IMG/VR virus record: IMGVR_UViG_2754412319_000001
Coordinates: 15,344-79,343 of that record
DNA length: 64,000 nt
Reading direction: 5' to 3' (one strand)
Source: a virus
Lineage: Duplodnaviria > Caudoviricetes
The position numbers and the translations under genes were made by a program. Positions 45,788 to 54,201 of this stretch are shown one piece after another; the stretch's first letter is position 1, and every line of letters begins with the position of its first letter. Under the pieces are notes generated by a model. The model did no database searches and was not told where the DNA came from. It worked only from the letters and a program-made list of their open reading frames with translations.

Positions 45788-45873
45788 TCCAACTCCTCGA
45801 CGTGTCCACCACCACGGCGAGAGAACAGAAGCATAAACAGACGCATAAACAGCTAACATTTGAAGGAAAACAT

Positions 45874-46587
45874 ATGGACCCGATCCAAGCAGCAATGCAG
45901 CGCGCCAAGGAAGCAGCGGCTGGCGCCGTCGCAAACGCAGCAGCTAGTGCAGCAGCCGCGCCCACCACCGGCACGGCAGTCGCAGCAGTCGGTGCGTCGG
46001 GCGGTGCAGTCGCAGTCCCCGGCCAGAAGCTCTCGATGGAGCAGCTGATGTCGGCGGGCATGGCGGTCGATCTCTGGATCAAGCCGAAGGAATTCGGTCT
46101 CCAGATCGGCGCAAGCGCGAAGCTCGTGCAGTCGTTCGAGGCAGTTATCGACATGACGGAAGGCACGGGCTTCATGGTCAAGATGTCGATCAAGGCCGGC
46201 AACCCGGCGCAATACTGGTCGACGTACGACGGCGTCACGAGCGACAAGGGCATCCCCTGGTCCGAGGCGCAAGCCAAGGCCATCTCGCTCGACGCGAAGG
46301 CCCGCGCGTACCGCAGTGCCGACGTGCCGATGATCCTGACGGCCGACATCGTCTCCGCGGACGGTGAAGTGCTGGCCAAGGCTGGTCAGCGCGTGGGTTA
46401 CGCGACGTCGACGACCAACTGGCGCGCGTGGCAGGACTTCTACCAGAAGGTCATGGAAGCGAACGCTGGTGGCCAGCGCGTGGACGTGAAGGTTGGCTTC
46501 CAACGGATGACCAACAAGAACAACAACGCGTGGGGCATCATGACCTGGGAATACCAGGGCATCGAAGCGGAAGCCGAGATGGCGTAA
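45874..46587 (+). CDS. Putative single-stranded DNA-binding protein
   Basis: Own promoter and terminator, aromatic-rich beta core, acidic tail, located between helicase and exonuclease. Confidence 0.45.
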   Translation: MDPIQAAMQRAKEAAAGAVANAAASAAAAPTTGTAVAAVGASGGAVAVPGQKLSMEQLMSAGMAVDLWIKPKEFGLQIGASAKLVQSFEAVIDMTEGTGFMVKMSIKAGNPAQYWSTYDGVTSDKGIPWSEAQAKAISLDAKARAYRSADVPMILTADIVSADGEVLAKAGQRVGYATSTTNWRAWQDFYQKVMEANAGGQRVDVKVGFQRMTNKNNNAWGIMTWEYQGIEAEAEMA

Positions 46588-46603
46588 GCCACAAGCTGTA
46601 CGG

Positions 46604-46635
46604 AAAGCCGCGAGTCAAAAGCTCGCGGCTTTTTT
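46604..46635 (+). terminator. Rho-independent terminator
   Basis: AAAGCCGCGAG/CTCGCGGCTTT stem followed by T tail. Confidence 0.85.
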
Positions 46636-46654
46636 CATGTCCTGCGAGGTCATC

Positions 46655-47431
46655 ATGGGTTTGCATTTCATCGACGGAAACAACCGTTTCCGCACCATCT
46701 TCGAAACCAGCGGCTCGATTCGCAACGTGCTGGTCGACATGAAGATGCTGCCGATGTTCGACACCATCATATGGGTTTGGGACGGACACGGCGCGAAGGA
46801 TCGACGCCGCGCGCTCTATCCCGGATACAAGGTCGGCCGGCAAAGCGCCGTAGACGAGTTCTACAAGACGATGGATCTGTTCAAGCAGGTGCTGCGCTTC
46901 ACGCGCTGCATGTCGCTTGAGATCCCCACGTGGGAAGCAGACGACGTTATCGCCACGCTGCATCGTCTCTACAAAGACCAGACGGACTCGATCACCATCC
47001 ATTCGACTGACGGCGACTATCTCGCGCTGTGCGACGGCAAGCACACGAAGCTCGAAGGGCGCGACAAGGTCGAGTACGCCAACACCGACTTTACCGAAGT
47101 GCGCCTGTACAAGACGCTCGTCGGCGACAAGTCCGACAAGATCACCGGCATCCCCGGTTTCGGCGACGTGGCGTGGGAGCACTGCGACCGCGAACGCTGG
47201 ATGCAGTTCTTCACCGAGGGCTACGTGCCCTGTTGGGATAGTGAAGCCGGTTCCTTCAACCTCGGCAAGAAGCCGCTGGCGTGGGTGAAGGAAAACGAAG
47301 CAGCACTGAAAGGCATGTGGGAGATCACGGGCTTCTACGAAGTTGACCCGGACCTGATCGCGAAGCACCTGGTTGTCGGCCAGCACGACGACAAAGCGAT
47401 CAACCACATCCTCTCAGATTTCATGATGTGA
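46655..47431 (+). CDS. 5'-3' exonuclease / flap endonuclease (PolI N-terminal, T5 D15-like)
   Basis: IDGNN, WDG, YPGYK, EADDVIA, STDGD, LVGDKSDKITGIPGFG. Confidence 0.9.
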   Translation: MGLHFIDGNNRFRTIFETSGSIRNVLVDMKMLPMFDTIIWVWDGHGAKDRRRALYPGYKVGRQSAVDEFYKTMDLFKQVLRFTRCMSLEIPTWEADDVIATLHRLYKDQTDSITIHSTDGDYLALCDGKHTKLEGRDKVEYANTDFTEVRLYKTLVGDKSDKITGIPGFGDVAWEHCDRERWMQFFTEGYVPCWDSEAGSFNLGKKPLAWVKENEAALKGMWEITGFYEVDPDLIAKHLVVGQHDDKAINHILSDFMM

Positions 47432-47453
47432 CCACCACCACAAGGATCAAAAC

Positions 47454-47642
47454 ATGGCCTCTGCTGAACGTATTCAGCTGCTCGTCATTCAAGACGAGAT
47501 TTCGAAGCTCCCCGAAGACGATCGCACGAAGATCGACGGCATCGCCGCCCAGTTCCGGGCGATGCTCGATGCGGAACCGACTCACGCGATGATGGCACTC
47601 GCGCTGGTCGGTGCCGAAGCCGCTGACAAAGTGTCGGGGTAA
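47454..47642 (+). CDS. Small hypothetical protein
   Basis: ACCACCAC-AAGGATCAAAAC leader. Confidence 0.6.
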   Translation: MASAERIQLLVIQDEISKLPEDDRTKIDGIAAQFRAMLDAEPTHAMMALALVGAEAADKVSG

Positions 47643-47645
47643 GCG

Positions 47646-50354
47646 ATGGACAAGGATCGTAAAGTCCTTGTCGATGCGCGCAACATCGACGCTCTCCTTC
47701 CGCAGATCATCGCAGAAGTGGCGTCGGCCGGATTCATCGGTTTCGATATCGAGACCGAAGACTCGCGCAGGCACGCAGGCCTCGCCGAGATCATGAAGGT
47801 CGACGACGAGGGCAGGGGGACGAACAAGAAGCTCATCTTCGACACGAACCGCACGACCGTGTGCGGCTTTTCGGTTTACCCGGACGGGAACCATCTCGGC
47901 TACTACGTCAACCTCGCGCACGCCGACGTCGAGAACCGTGTGCCCTGGGAAACCGCGCGTCAGATCCTCGACGCGCGCCAACCTGACTCCTTCTTCATCA
48001 TCCACAACGCTCAGTTCGAGTGGGTCATGATGATGAAGTCGCTCGGCTATGACATCCCGGAAGATCGCGTCATCTGCTCGTTGCAGCTGTGCGTGTCGGC
48101 GTACTCACCCGACACCTACTTCCGCGACAAGTTCATGGAACCCGGTCTCGGCGGTATCGAGAAGATCCTGCCCGTGGTTGCCCGCGTGTTCTCTGGCTAC
48201 CAACCCGGTCAAGACCTGAACTCCGAGCAGGAAGAGCTGTTGCAAAAGGTCATCGGCAAGGAGTCGAAGGCCGCGCACAGCTGGAACGGCTACGTCGATT
48301 CGATGCGGGTCGGCTACGACCTGAAGCGTGCCGTGAAGAGCTGGTTCGGCTACGCGATGGCCACGTTCGAAGAGACGCTGGGTGACGAAGTCCACATGGG
48401 CATGCTGACCGGCGAGGAGGTCTTCGAATACGGCGTCGACGACGCATACTGGTGCGTGCAGCTGTTCCACCGTGTGCTTCAGCACATGATGGAGACCAAC
48501 CCTGCGGTCTTCAGCACGTTCATGGAACAGGAGATGCCGTTCGTTCGAATCGCGGCCGAGACGTGGGGCCACGGCATCAAGCTGAACGGGCCGGCCGTGC
48601 TGCGTCGCCGGGATGAAGAGCGAGCCAACGAGGCCGCGTGCCTGCGCAAGATGAAGGCTGCGGTGCGCGCGATGCTGCCGTTCCCGGACGAGCCGCACGA
48701 CAAGCTGCTGAAGTACGACAAGTGGTACGCGAAGTGGCAGACGTATCGCGCTCAGATCGAGAAGTGGGCGAACTCGCCGGATAGCGACGACGACTTCGTT
48801 CAGTGCATGCAGACCCGTGGCCCTGTTTCGAACGCATGGGCGCTGGAGCGCAAGGTGCGCGAGTCGACGGGCGTCAACCTCGTCCACTACATGCCGATGC
48901 GGACGATCATCTACGACCTGATGCGCGGCTCGTACATGCAGTCCAACGGCAAGACGCAAAGCGACGGCGACTGCCGCGAAGAGCTGAAGCGCCGCTGGAT
49001 CAAACGCTTCAACGAAGGTGAGCTGAAGGCTCTGATTGACGAGAAGGGCGAAGTCGATCCAAAGCTGAAGATGCACCCGCAGTTCAAGACTCTTGCGATG
49101 CACGAGATCCGCAGTGCCGTGGAGCGCTTCGAAGCCGGCATGATGGTCTTCCAGTGCTACGACGAACTGGCCTCGATCTCGCAGCGGATGAAGCTCTACC
49201 TGACGCCTTACCTGCGCCTCGTGGACCCCGACACGGGCCGTGTGTACCCGCAGCTGCGCTCGATGCTGGCGACGCGCCGCAGCTCCTGTCAAGACCCGAA
49301 CGGGCAGCAGCTCAGCAAGTACGGCGAGTCGGTGTACGTGCGCGGCTTCTTCGAAGCCGACGATGACGACGCCGAAGGCGAGGAGCACGTGCTGGTGTCG
49401 GCCGACTGGTCGGCTGTCGAGCTGGTGATCGTGGGCGATTACTCGAACGACGCAGGCTTCCGGGAGGCCTACGGCCAGCGCCCGCACGCGGATCTCCACA
49501 AGAAGGCCGTGACCGGTCTGATGAACCTCACCGACGAAGAGTACGCCGTCCACCCGGATCGGAAGATGCTGCGTCGGGACGTCGGCAAGGTGGCCAACTT
49601 CAACTACTGGTACTCGGGCGCACTGGGCACCGTGGGCGAGAAGCTTGGCTGGTCGAGCGACTTCATGTGGGAGATGGTCGATCGCTACCGGGGCACGTTC
49701 CCGGATGCGGAGCAGTGGCGTGTCGACACGATCCAGGAAGCGCGCGACAACGGCTACGTGCAGTTGCCCGACCACCATCGGCGCGATCGCTATGAGTCGA
49801 CGTATGAGTGGGTGAACGTCATGCGGCAGAAGTTCGAGTCGTACGGCGACCCAGCCATCGCGGCGTTCGGCGAGCTGGTGATCAAGAAGATCAACCGACG
49901 CGCCGGCAATCAGGCGGTCAACGCGAAGGTTCAGGGCTTGTGCGCGGCGCTCGCGAAGCGCGCGATGAAGCGCATGAAGACCAAGATCAAGGAGATGGGA
50001 TACCGCGCCCGCTTCTACCTGCTGGTCCACGATGAATTGATCTACTCCGTTCCGCGCTCGCAGGTGCTCGACTTCTGCGAAACGCTGTACGAAGTGATGA
50101 TCGAAGACGCCGGCCTGATCAAAAACCTGAAGCTCGACTCGTCGCTCGCGATCGGCCGCACGATGCAGCCGTGGGATCTGAAGAAGGCCCCGGACGGCCA
50201 GATCGAACTCATGGAGATGCAGCGGGGCCTGCCGTGCGTCAGCGAAGACCGCTGGGAACAACGAGCCACGCGCGAAGAGCGTCTGGCGATCCTCAACTAC
50301 ATCCTCGACGGTATGCCCGTCGCAGCTAACGAAGCAGTGGAGTGTGCAGCATGA
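47646..50354 (+). CDS. Family A DNA polymerase with 3'-5' exonuclease domain
   Basis: Exo FDIET, HNAQFE, YGVDDA; motif A SADWSAVEL, motif B RRDVGKVANF, motif C VHDEL. Confidence 0.92.
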   Translation: MDKDRKVLVDARNIDALLPQIIAEVASAGFIGFDIETEDSRRHAGLAEIMKVDDEGRGTNKKLIFDTNRTTVCGFSVYPDGNHLGYYVNLAHADVENRVPWETARQILDARQPDSFFIIHNAQFEWVMMMKSLGYDIPEDRVICSLQLCVSAYSPDTYFRDKFMEPGLGGIEKILPVVARVFSGYQPGQDLNSEQEELLQKVIGKESKAAHSWNGYVDSMRVGYDLKRAVKSWFGYAMATFEETLGDEVHMGMLTGEEVFEYGVDDAYWCVQLFHRVLQHMMETNPAVFSTFMEQEMPFVRIAAETWGHGIKLNGPAVLRRRDEERANEAACLRKMKAAVRAMLPFPDEPHDKLLKYDKWYAKWQTYRAQIEKWANSPDSDDDFVQCMQTRGPVSNAWALERKVRESTGVNLVHYMPMRTIIYDLMRGSYMQSNGKTQSDGDCREELKRRWIKRFNEGELKALIDEKGEVDPKLKMHPQFKTLAMHEIRSAVERFEAGMMVFQCYDELASISQRMKLYLTPYLRLVDPDTGRVYPQLRSMLATRRSSCQDPNGQQLSKYGESVYVRGFFEADDDDAEGEEHVLVSADWSAVELVIVGDYSNDAGFREAYGQRPHADLHKKAVTGLMNLTDEEYAVHPDRKMLRRDVGKVANFNYWYSGALGTVGEKLGWSSDFMWEMVDRYRGTFPDAEQWRVDTIQEARDNGYVQLPDHHRRDRYESTYEWVNVMRQKFESYGDPAIAAFGELVIKKINRRAGNQAVNAKVQGLCAALAKRAMKRMKTKIKEMGYRARFYLLVHDELIYSVPRSQVLDFCETLYEVMIEDAGLIKNLKLDSSLAIGRTMQPWDLKKAPDGQIELMEMQRGLPCVSEDRWEQRATREERLAILNYILDGMPVAANEAVECAA

Positions 50355-50569
50355 GCAACAAAGTCACCAAGTCGACCACGATGGTCGCGTTCGAAACCAT
50401 GAGCGGCTACGAGTCGCGCGCCGGCTCGCAGAACCGCCCCGGCACCGAGGCGCTGGAATGGGGCCTGCGCGAGATCGTCCGCGTCATGACCATCAACGGT
50501 GACAAGGCGAAGGTTGCCGAGATCGTCGCCGAGGCCACCGCTGCCGTCGAGAAGGACCTGAAGTCGTGA
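50351..50569 (+). CDS. Small hypothetical protein
   Basis: ATGA coupling. Confidence 0.6.
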   Translation: MSNKVTKSTTMVAFETMSGYESRAGSQNRPGTEALEWGLREIVRVMTINGDKAKVAEIVAEATAAVEKDLKS

Positions 50570-50796
50570 AGTCGAAGCTCACGCTCCAGGATCTGACGCG
50601 TGAGCAGCGCAACGACCTGCGGAAGATGTGCATTCCGCGGGTCGTGCTGGACCTCCTGCAGATGATCCACGAACAAGGCCACGAGCTGGCCACCCTGAAG
50701 AACACCACCACGAAGGACCAATCATGTACCGCTTTAACCGACTCATGGCAGAGTGCCGTGCAACCTCATCTCGTGTCGAGAAGACCGAAGCGCTGA
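50566..50796 (+). CDS. Small hypothetical protein
   Basis: GTGA coupling; 3' end overlaps the ligase start. Confidence 0.5.
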   Translation: MKSKLTLQDLTREQRNDLRKMCIPRVVLDLLQMIHEQGHELATLKNTTTKDQSCTALTDSWQSAVQPHLVSRRPKR

Positions 50797-52013
50797 CGAA
50801 GCTCGGCGCGCACGAGCGCGAGTTCGCGAAGAAGATGCTGGTCGCCGCGCTGTCGCCGAAAGTCACCTACGGCGTGAAGAATTTCGACATGCCGGCGCAA
50901 CACGCGAGGACCGACATCGACAACGGCGAGCGCTTCATCGATCTGCTGGGCATCCTGGCCGAGCGCAAGCTGACGGGAAGGGCCGCGCAGGAGCGAATTA
51001 CCGAGACGTTCAGCTGGTACACGGCGCAGACCGCCGAGAACATGGCCTGCGTGCTGCGCAAGGAGCTGCGTATCGGCATCGGGGCGACCGAGATCAACAA
51101 GGTCTTCCCGGACCTGATCCCGGTCTTCGACGTGATGCTGGCCGAGAAGTGGGAACCGGGCGTCGTCGACATCACGTACCCGGCGCAGGCCGAGTTCAAG
51201 ATGGATGGCCAGCGCGACACGGTCTTCGTCACCCCCGGCCAGCCCTGCGAGCACTACTCGCGCGAAGGCCTGCGCCAACCGTGGATCGAGGGCCTGTTCG
51301 ACGACGAGATGCAGGCGATTCGCCAGCGCCTCTGCGGCGACGAGGCGATGGTGCTCGACGGCGAGGCGATGGTCCACGTGGTCGACCCGACGAAGAAGCA
51401 TCCTTCGTGGACGGCCACGATGAACTGCAAGAAGGAGGGTGCTGACCGCTCGCAGTTGCGCTACTACGCCTACGACTGGTTGCCGATGTCTGAGTGGGTG
51501 GAGCGTCAGTGCTCTCGCGCTCAGGAACTGCGCAGCCTGATGCTCGACGCGGCGATCGCGGATCTCGAACTCGCCAAGATCCTTCCTTCGTACAAGGAGG
51601 TAGTCAAGGATCGCGCGGAAGTCAACGCCATGTTCGATAAGGCGCTCGCGCTCAGTTACGAGGGTCTGATGATCAAGGACCCGACCGCGATGTACGAGTG
51701 GGACCGCTCGACGTTCTGGCTGAAGGCGAAGCCGCTGCACACGGCAACGTTGAAGATCGTGGGTATCTACGCCGGCAAGAAGAAGAGCCGGAACGAACAC
51801 CGCCTCGGCGGCTTCGAGCTGGAGGGCACGATCGAGAACGGCACCGAGATCAAGACCAACTGCGGCGGCGGCTTCACTGACGATCAGCGCGATCTGTTCT
51901 TCAATAATCCGGAGATGGTGATCGGCCGGATGGCTGAAGTCGAGTACACGGAAGTGACGAAGAAGAACGCGCTGCGCAACCCGGTCTTCCTGCGTTTCCC
52001 CGATGGCAACTAG
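50724..52013 (+). CDS. ATP-dependent DNA ligase
   Basis: EFKMDGQR (KxDG), LDGE, YDW, EGLMIKD, WLKAKP, C-terminal OB domain with P.FLRF; start MYRFN. Confidence 0.92.
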   Translation: MYRFNRLMAECRATSSRVEKTEALTKLGAHEREFAKKMLVAALSPKVTYGVKNFDMPAQHARTDIDNGERFIDLLGILAERKLTGRAAQERITETFSWYTAQTAENMACVLRKELRIGIGATEINKVFPDLIPVFDVMLAEKWEPGVVDITYPAQAEFKMDGQRDTVFVTPGQPCEHYSREGLRQPWIEGLFDDEMQAIRQRLCGDEAMVLDGEAMVHVVDPTKKHPSWTATMNCKKEGADRSQLRYYAYDWLPMSEWVERQCSRAQELRSLMLDAAIADLELAKILPSYKEVVKDRAEVNAMFDKALALSYEGLMIKDPTAMYEWDRSTFWLKAKPLHTATLKIVGIYAGKKKSRNEHRLGGFELEGTIENGTEIKTNCGGGFTDDQRDLFFNNPEMVIGRMAEVEYTEVTKKNALRNPVFLRFPDGN

Positions 52014-52055
52014 CATATAGTTGCGGAACTTCTGCGGTGGTTATCTCCATATAAT
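52008..52055 (+). promoter_or_regulatory. AACTAG-CAT-ATAGTT box 27 nt upstream of TATAAT
   Basis: Box 52008-52022, -10 at 52050-52055, no consensus -35 at normal spacing. Confidence 0.5.
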
Positions 52056-52091
52056 GCTTAGCACACCACCACCACGTCAGTAAAAAGAAAA

Positions 52092-52499
52092 ATGAGCATT
52101 GTATGGAAAGACGCGGAGAGCGAGTTCGAATCGTTCTTCGCGCCCTTCGGTAAGCGCGCGCACGTGCAGCGCTTGACCGACACCGCGTTTGTTCGCGGCT
52201 CGACCGGGCGAGCGGCATCCTTCAAGGATGCACAACCCTCGGACTACATCATCACGCTGGAGGGGACGACGTTTTACGCTGAGGTCAAGAGCACTCAGAG
52301 CGAGCCGTCATTCCCCTTCAGCCTGATCAAGAAAAGCCAGTGGGCCGCAGCACGCATGGTGACGGCAGCTGGAGGTCACTACCGCTTCTACATCCGCCGC
52401 GAGTCGACGAAACGCTGGTACGTCGTCCCGGCAGTCGTATTCATCACTCATATAGCCAAATCGATCCGCTGGCACGAAATCGAAGGCTACCTCATCTGA
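52092..52499 (+). CDS. RecU-like Holliday junction resolvase (PD-(D/E)xK)
   Basis: PSDY...FYAEVKST...FPFSLIKKSQ. Confidence 0.7.
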   Translation: MSIVWKDAESEFESFFAPFGKRAHVQRLTDTAFVRGSTGRAASFKDAQPSDYIITLEGTTFYAEVKSTQSEPSFPFSLIKKSQWAAARMVTAAGGHYRFYIRRESTKRWYVVPAVVFITHIAKSIRWHEIEGYLI

Positions 52500-52512
52500 C
52501 AAGGATCAAAGT

Positions 52513-53115
52513 ATGACCAAGTTTCTCGACGTAATGGTTGACCTGGAAACCACGGGGACGCAGCCGGAACGCACGGCCATCATCGAAATCGCGGCGGTGC
52601 GCTTCGATTTCGCCACGGGCGAGATCATGCCCGATATGTTCAACCGCTGCCTGATGATCCCGCATGGTCGCTTCTTCGACGAAGAGACCCGCAACTGGTG
52701 GCTCAAGGACAAGCGCGAGATCCTGCAAGGCATCTACGCGCGCATGGAGCGGCCGGAAGTCGTCATGCAGGCCTTCCGCGACTTCCTGCTTCGCGACGTC
52801 GACACCTACAACGAGAAGCTGCGTTTGTGGGCGAAGCCGTCGCACTTCGAATACCCGTTCCTCGAAAGCTACTTCAAGGAGTTCGGGATCGGCAACCCGT
52901 TCCATTACCGCGACACCAACGACATGAACTCGTGGATTCGCGGGCGCTACTGGCCGCAGCAACCGCCCGAGTTCGAACGCAACATCCCGTTCGAAGGCGA
53001 CGCCCACAGCGCGCTGTTCGACGTGCTCCACCAGCTCAAGGTTCTCTACGCGGTGCGTGACCACTCCACGAAGCACCCCAGCCTCGCAGCAGCCGGCGAC
53101 GTCGTCGAAGCATAA
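52513..53115 (+). CDS. DEDDh 3'-5' exonuclease
   Basis: MVDLETTG, FEYPFL, RDT, HSALFD. Confidence 0.85.
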   Translation: MTKFLDVMVDLETTGTQPERTAIIEIAAVRFDFATGEIMPDMFNRCLMIPHGRFFDEETRNWWLKDKREILQGIYARMERPEVVMQAFRDFLLRDVDTYNEKLRLWAKPSHFEYPFLESYFKEFGIGNPFHYRDTNDMNSWIRGRYWPQQPPEFERNIPFEGDAHSALFDVLHQLKVLYAVRDHSTKHPSLAAAGDVVEA

Positions 53116-53186
53116 GCGGTAGCGCGACAACCCGGAGAGTAGCGCGCCACGGCGCGCTGCACCACCACTTCACTAGGTTGTGAATC

Positions 53187-54191
53187 GTGAAAATTGAGAC
53201 CATTGCCGGCCTGAAGGTCGGTTTCCTTGGCGATCCCCATCTCGGTCGCGCATTCCTCACTGGTGTTCCCCTCGATCGTCGCGGCGAGCGCGAACGTACT
53301 CAGATGAACGAGTTCGTCGAGTCACTGTTCGCCGACATCGACGTGAACATCTGCCTCGGCGACATCTTCGACACGTTCGTCGTTCCTCCCGAGATCGTGC
53401 TGGCCGTCGCGTCGTCGTACCGCGAAGCCGCGCGCGCTCGCCCCAACACGTGGTTCGTCCTCACGCGCGGCAACCATGACGCCTCGCGCGACGCCGACAA
53501 GCGCAGTTCTTTCGACCTGCTGTACCAGCTGCTCGAAGGTATCGAGAACATCGTCATCGCGAAGGATGACGTCCAGATCGTCGAACACGGCATGTTCCGC
53601 CTTGGTGTCGTGCCCTGGCACCCCTTCATCAACTCGAAGGACATGGCGCGCAAGCTGGTGGACGACGGGTACAAGGAGTTCGATCTGGTCGTCGGACACT
53701 GGGACCGCGTCACGTTCGAGGACAACCCGCACAACGCGGTCCCGCTGTTCGAGCTGCGCCCGCTCACGAAGCTGGTCGTCAGCGGCCACGACCACCGGCC
53801 GTACGACGAAGTGCTCAACGGCGTGCGCGTCGTCTTCCCCGGCTCGATGCAACCGTACGCCCACGGCGAGAACGACGAAGACGGCCGCTACGTCACGCTG
53901 ACGCTCGAAGAGCTGCGCGCCGTCGTCGCTACCGCGCCGGCGCAGTTCCACGACGTGGCCGTGCGCGTGCTGCTGAAGCCGGGTGAGCAGATCGATTTCC
54001 CGGTCGACGCATGGGCGCTGACGACGAAGCCAATCGCCGACAACGGCGAAGAGTACGTCGACATCACCATGCAGACCGAGTCGTTCGACATGCTCGACAT
54101 CCTGTCGCGCTGCCTGACGAAGCACAACGTCACCGCCGAGACTTCGAACGAAGTGCTCACCATGTACCAAGAACGCCGTAACGCCGCTTGA
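53187..54191 (+). CDS. SbcD/Mre11-like metallophosphoesterase nuclease
   Basis: GDPH, GDIFD, GNHD, GHDH, PGS. Confidence 0.85.
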   Translation: MKIETIAGLKVGFLGDPHLGRAFLTGVPLDRRGERERTQMNEFVESLFADIDVNICLGDIFDTFVVPPEIVLAVASSYREAARARPNTWFVLTRGNHDASRDADKRSSFDLLYQLLEGIENIVIAKDDVQIVEHGMFRLGVVPWHPFINSKDMARKLVDDGYKEFDLVVGHWDRVTFEDNPHNAVPLFELRPLTKLVVSGHDHRPYDEVLNGVRVVFPGSMQPYAHGENDEDGRYVTLTLEELRAVVATAPAQFHDVAVRVLLKPGEQIDFPVDAWALTTKPIADNGEEYVDITMQTESFDMLDILSRCLTKHNVTAETSNEVLTMYQERRNAA

Positions 54192-54201
54192 GGACACCAT
54201 C

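Noticed and set aside
48105-50261. 718-aa minus-strand ORF opposite the polymerase (likewise 20202-22217, 44169-45431, 50766-52016, 54904-56241, 56946-58148)
   Set aside because: Antisense shadows of clearly recognisable genes
52021-52055. TTGCGG...TATAAT as a standard sigma70 promoter
   Set aside because: The spacer is 23 nt; treated instead as a -10 with an upstream box
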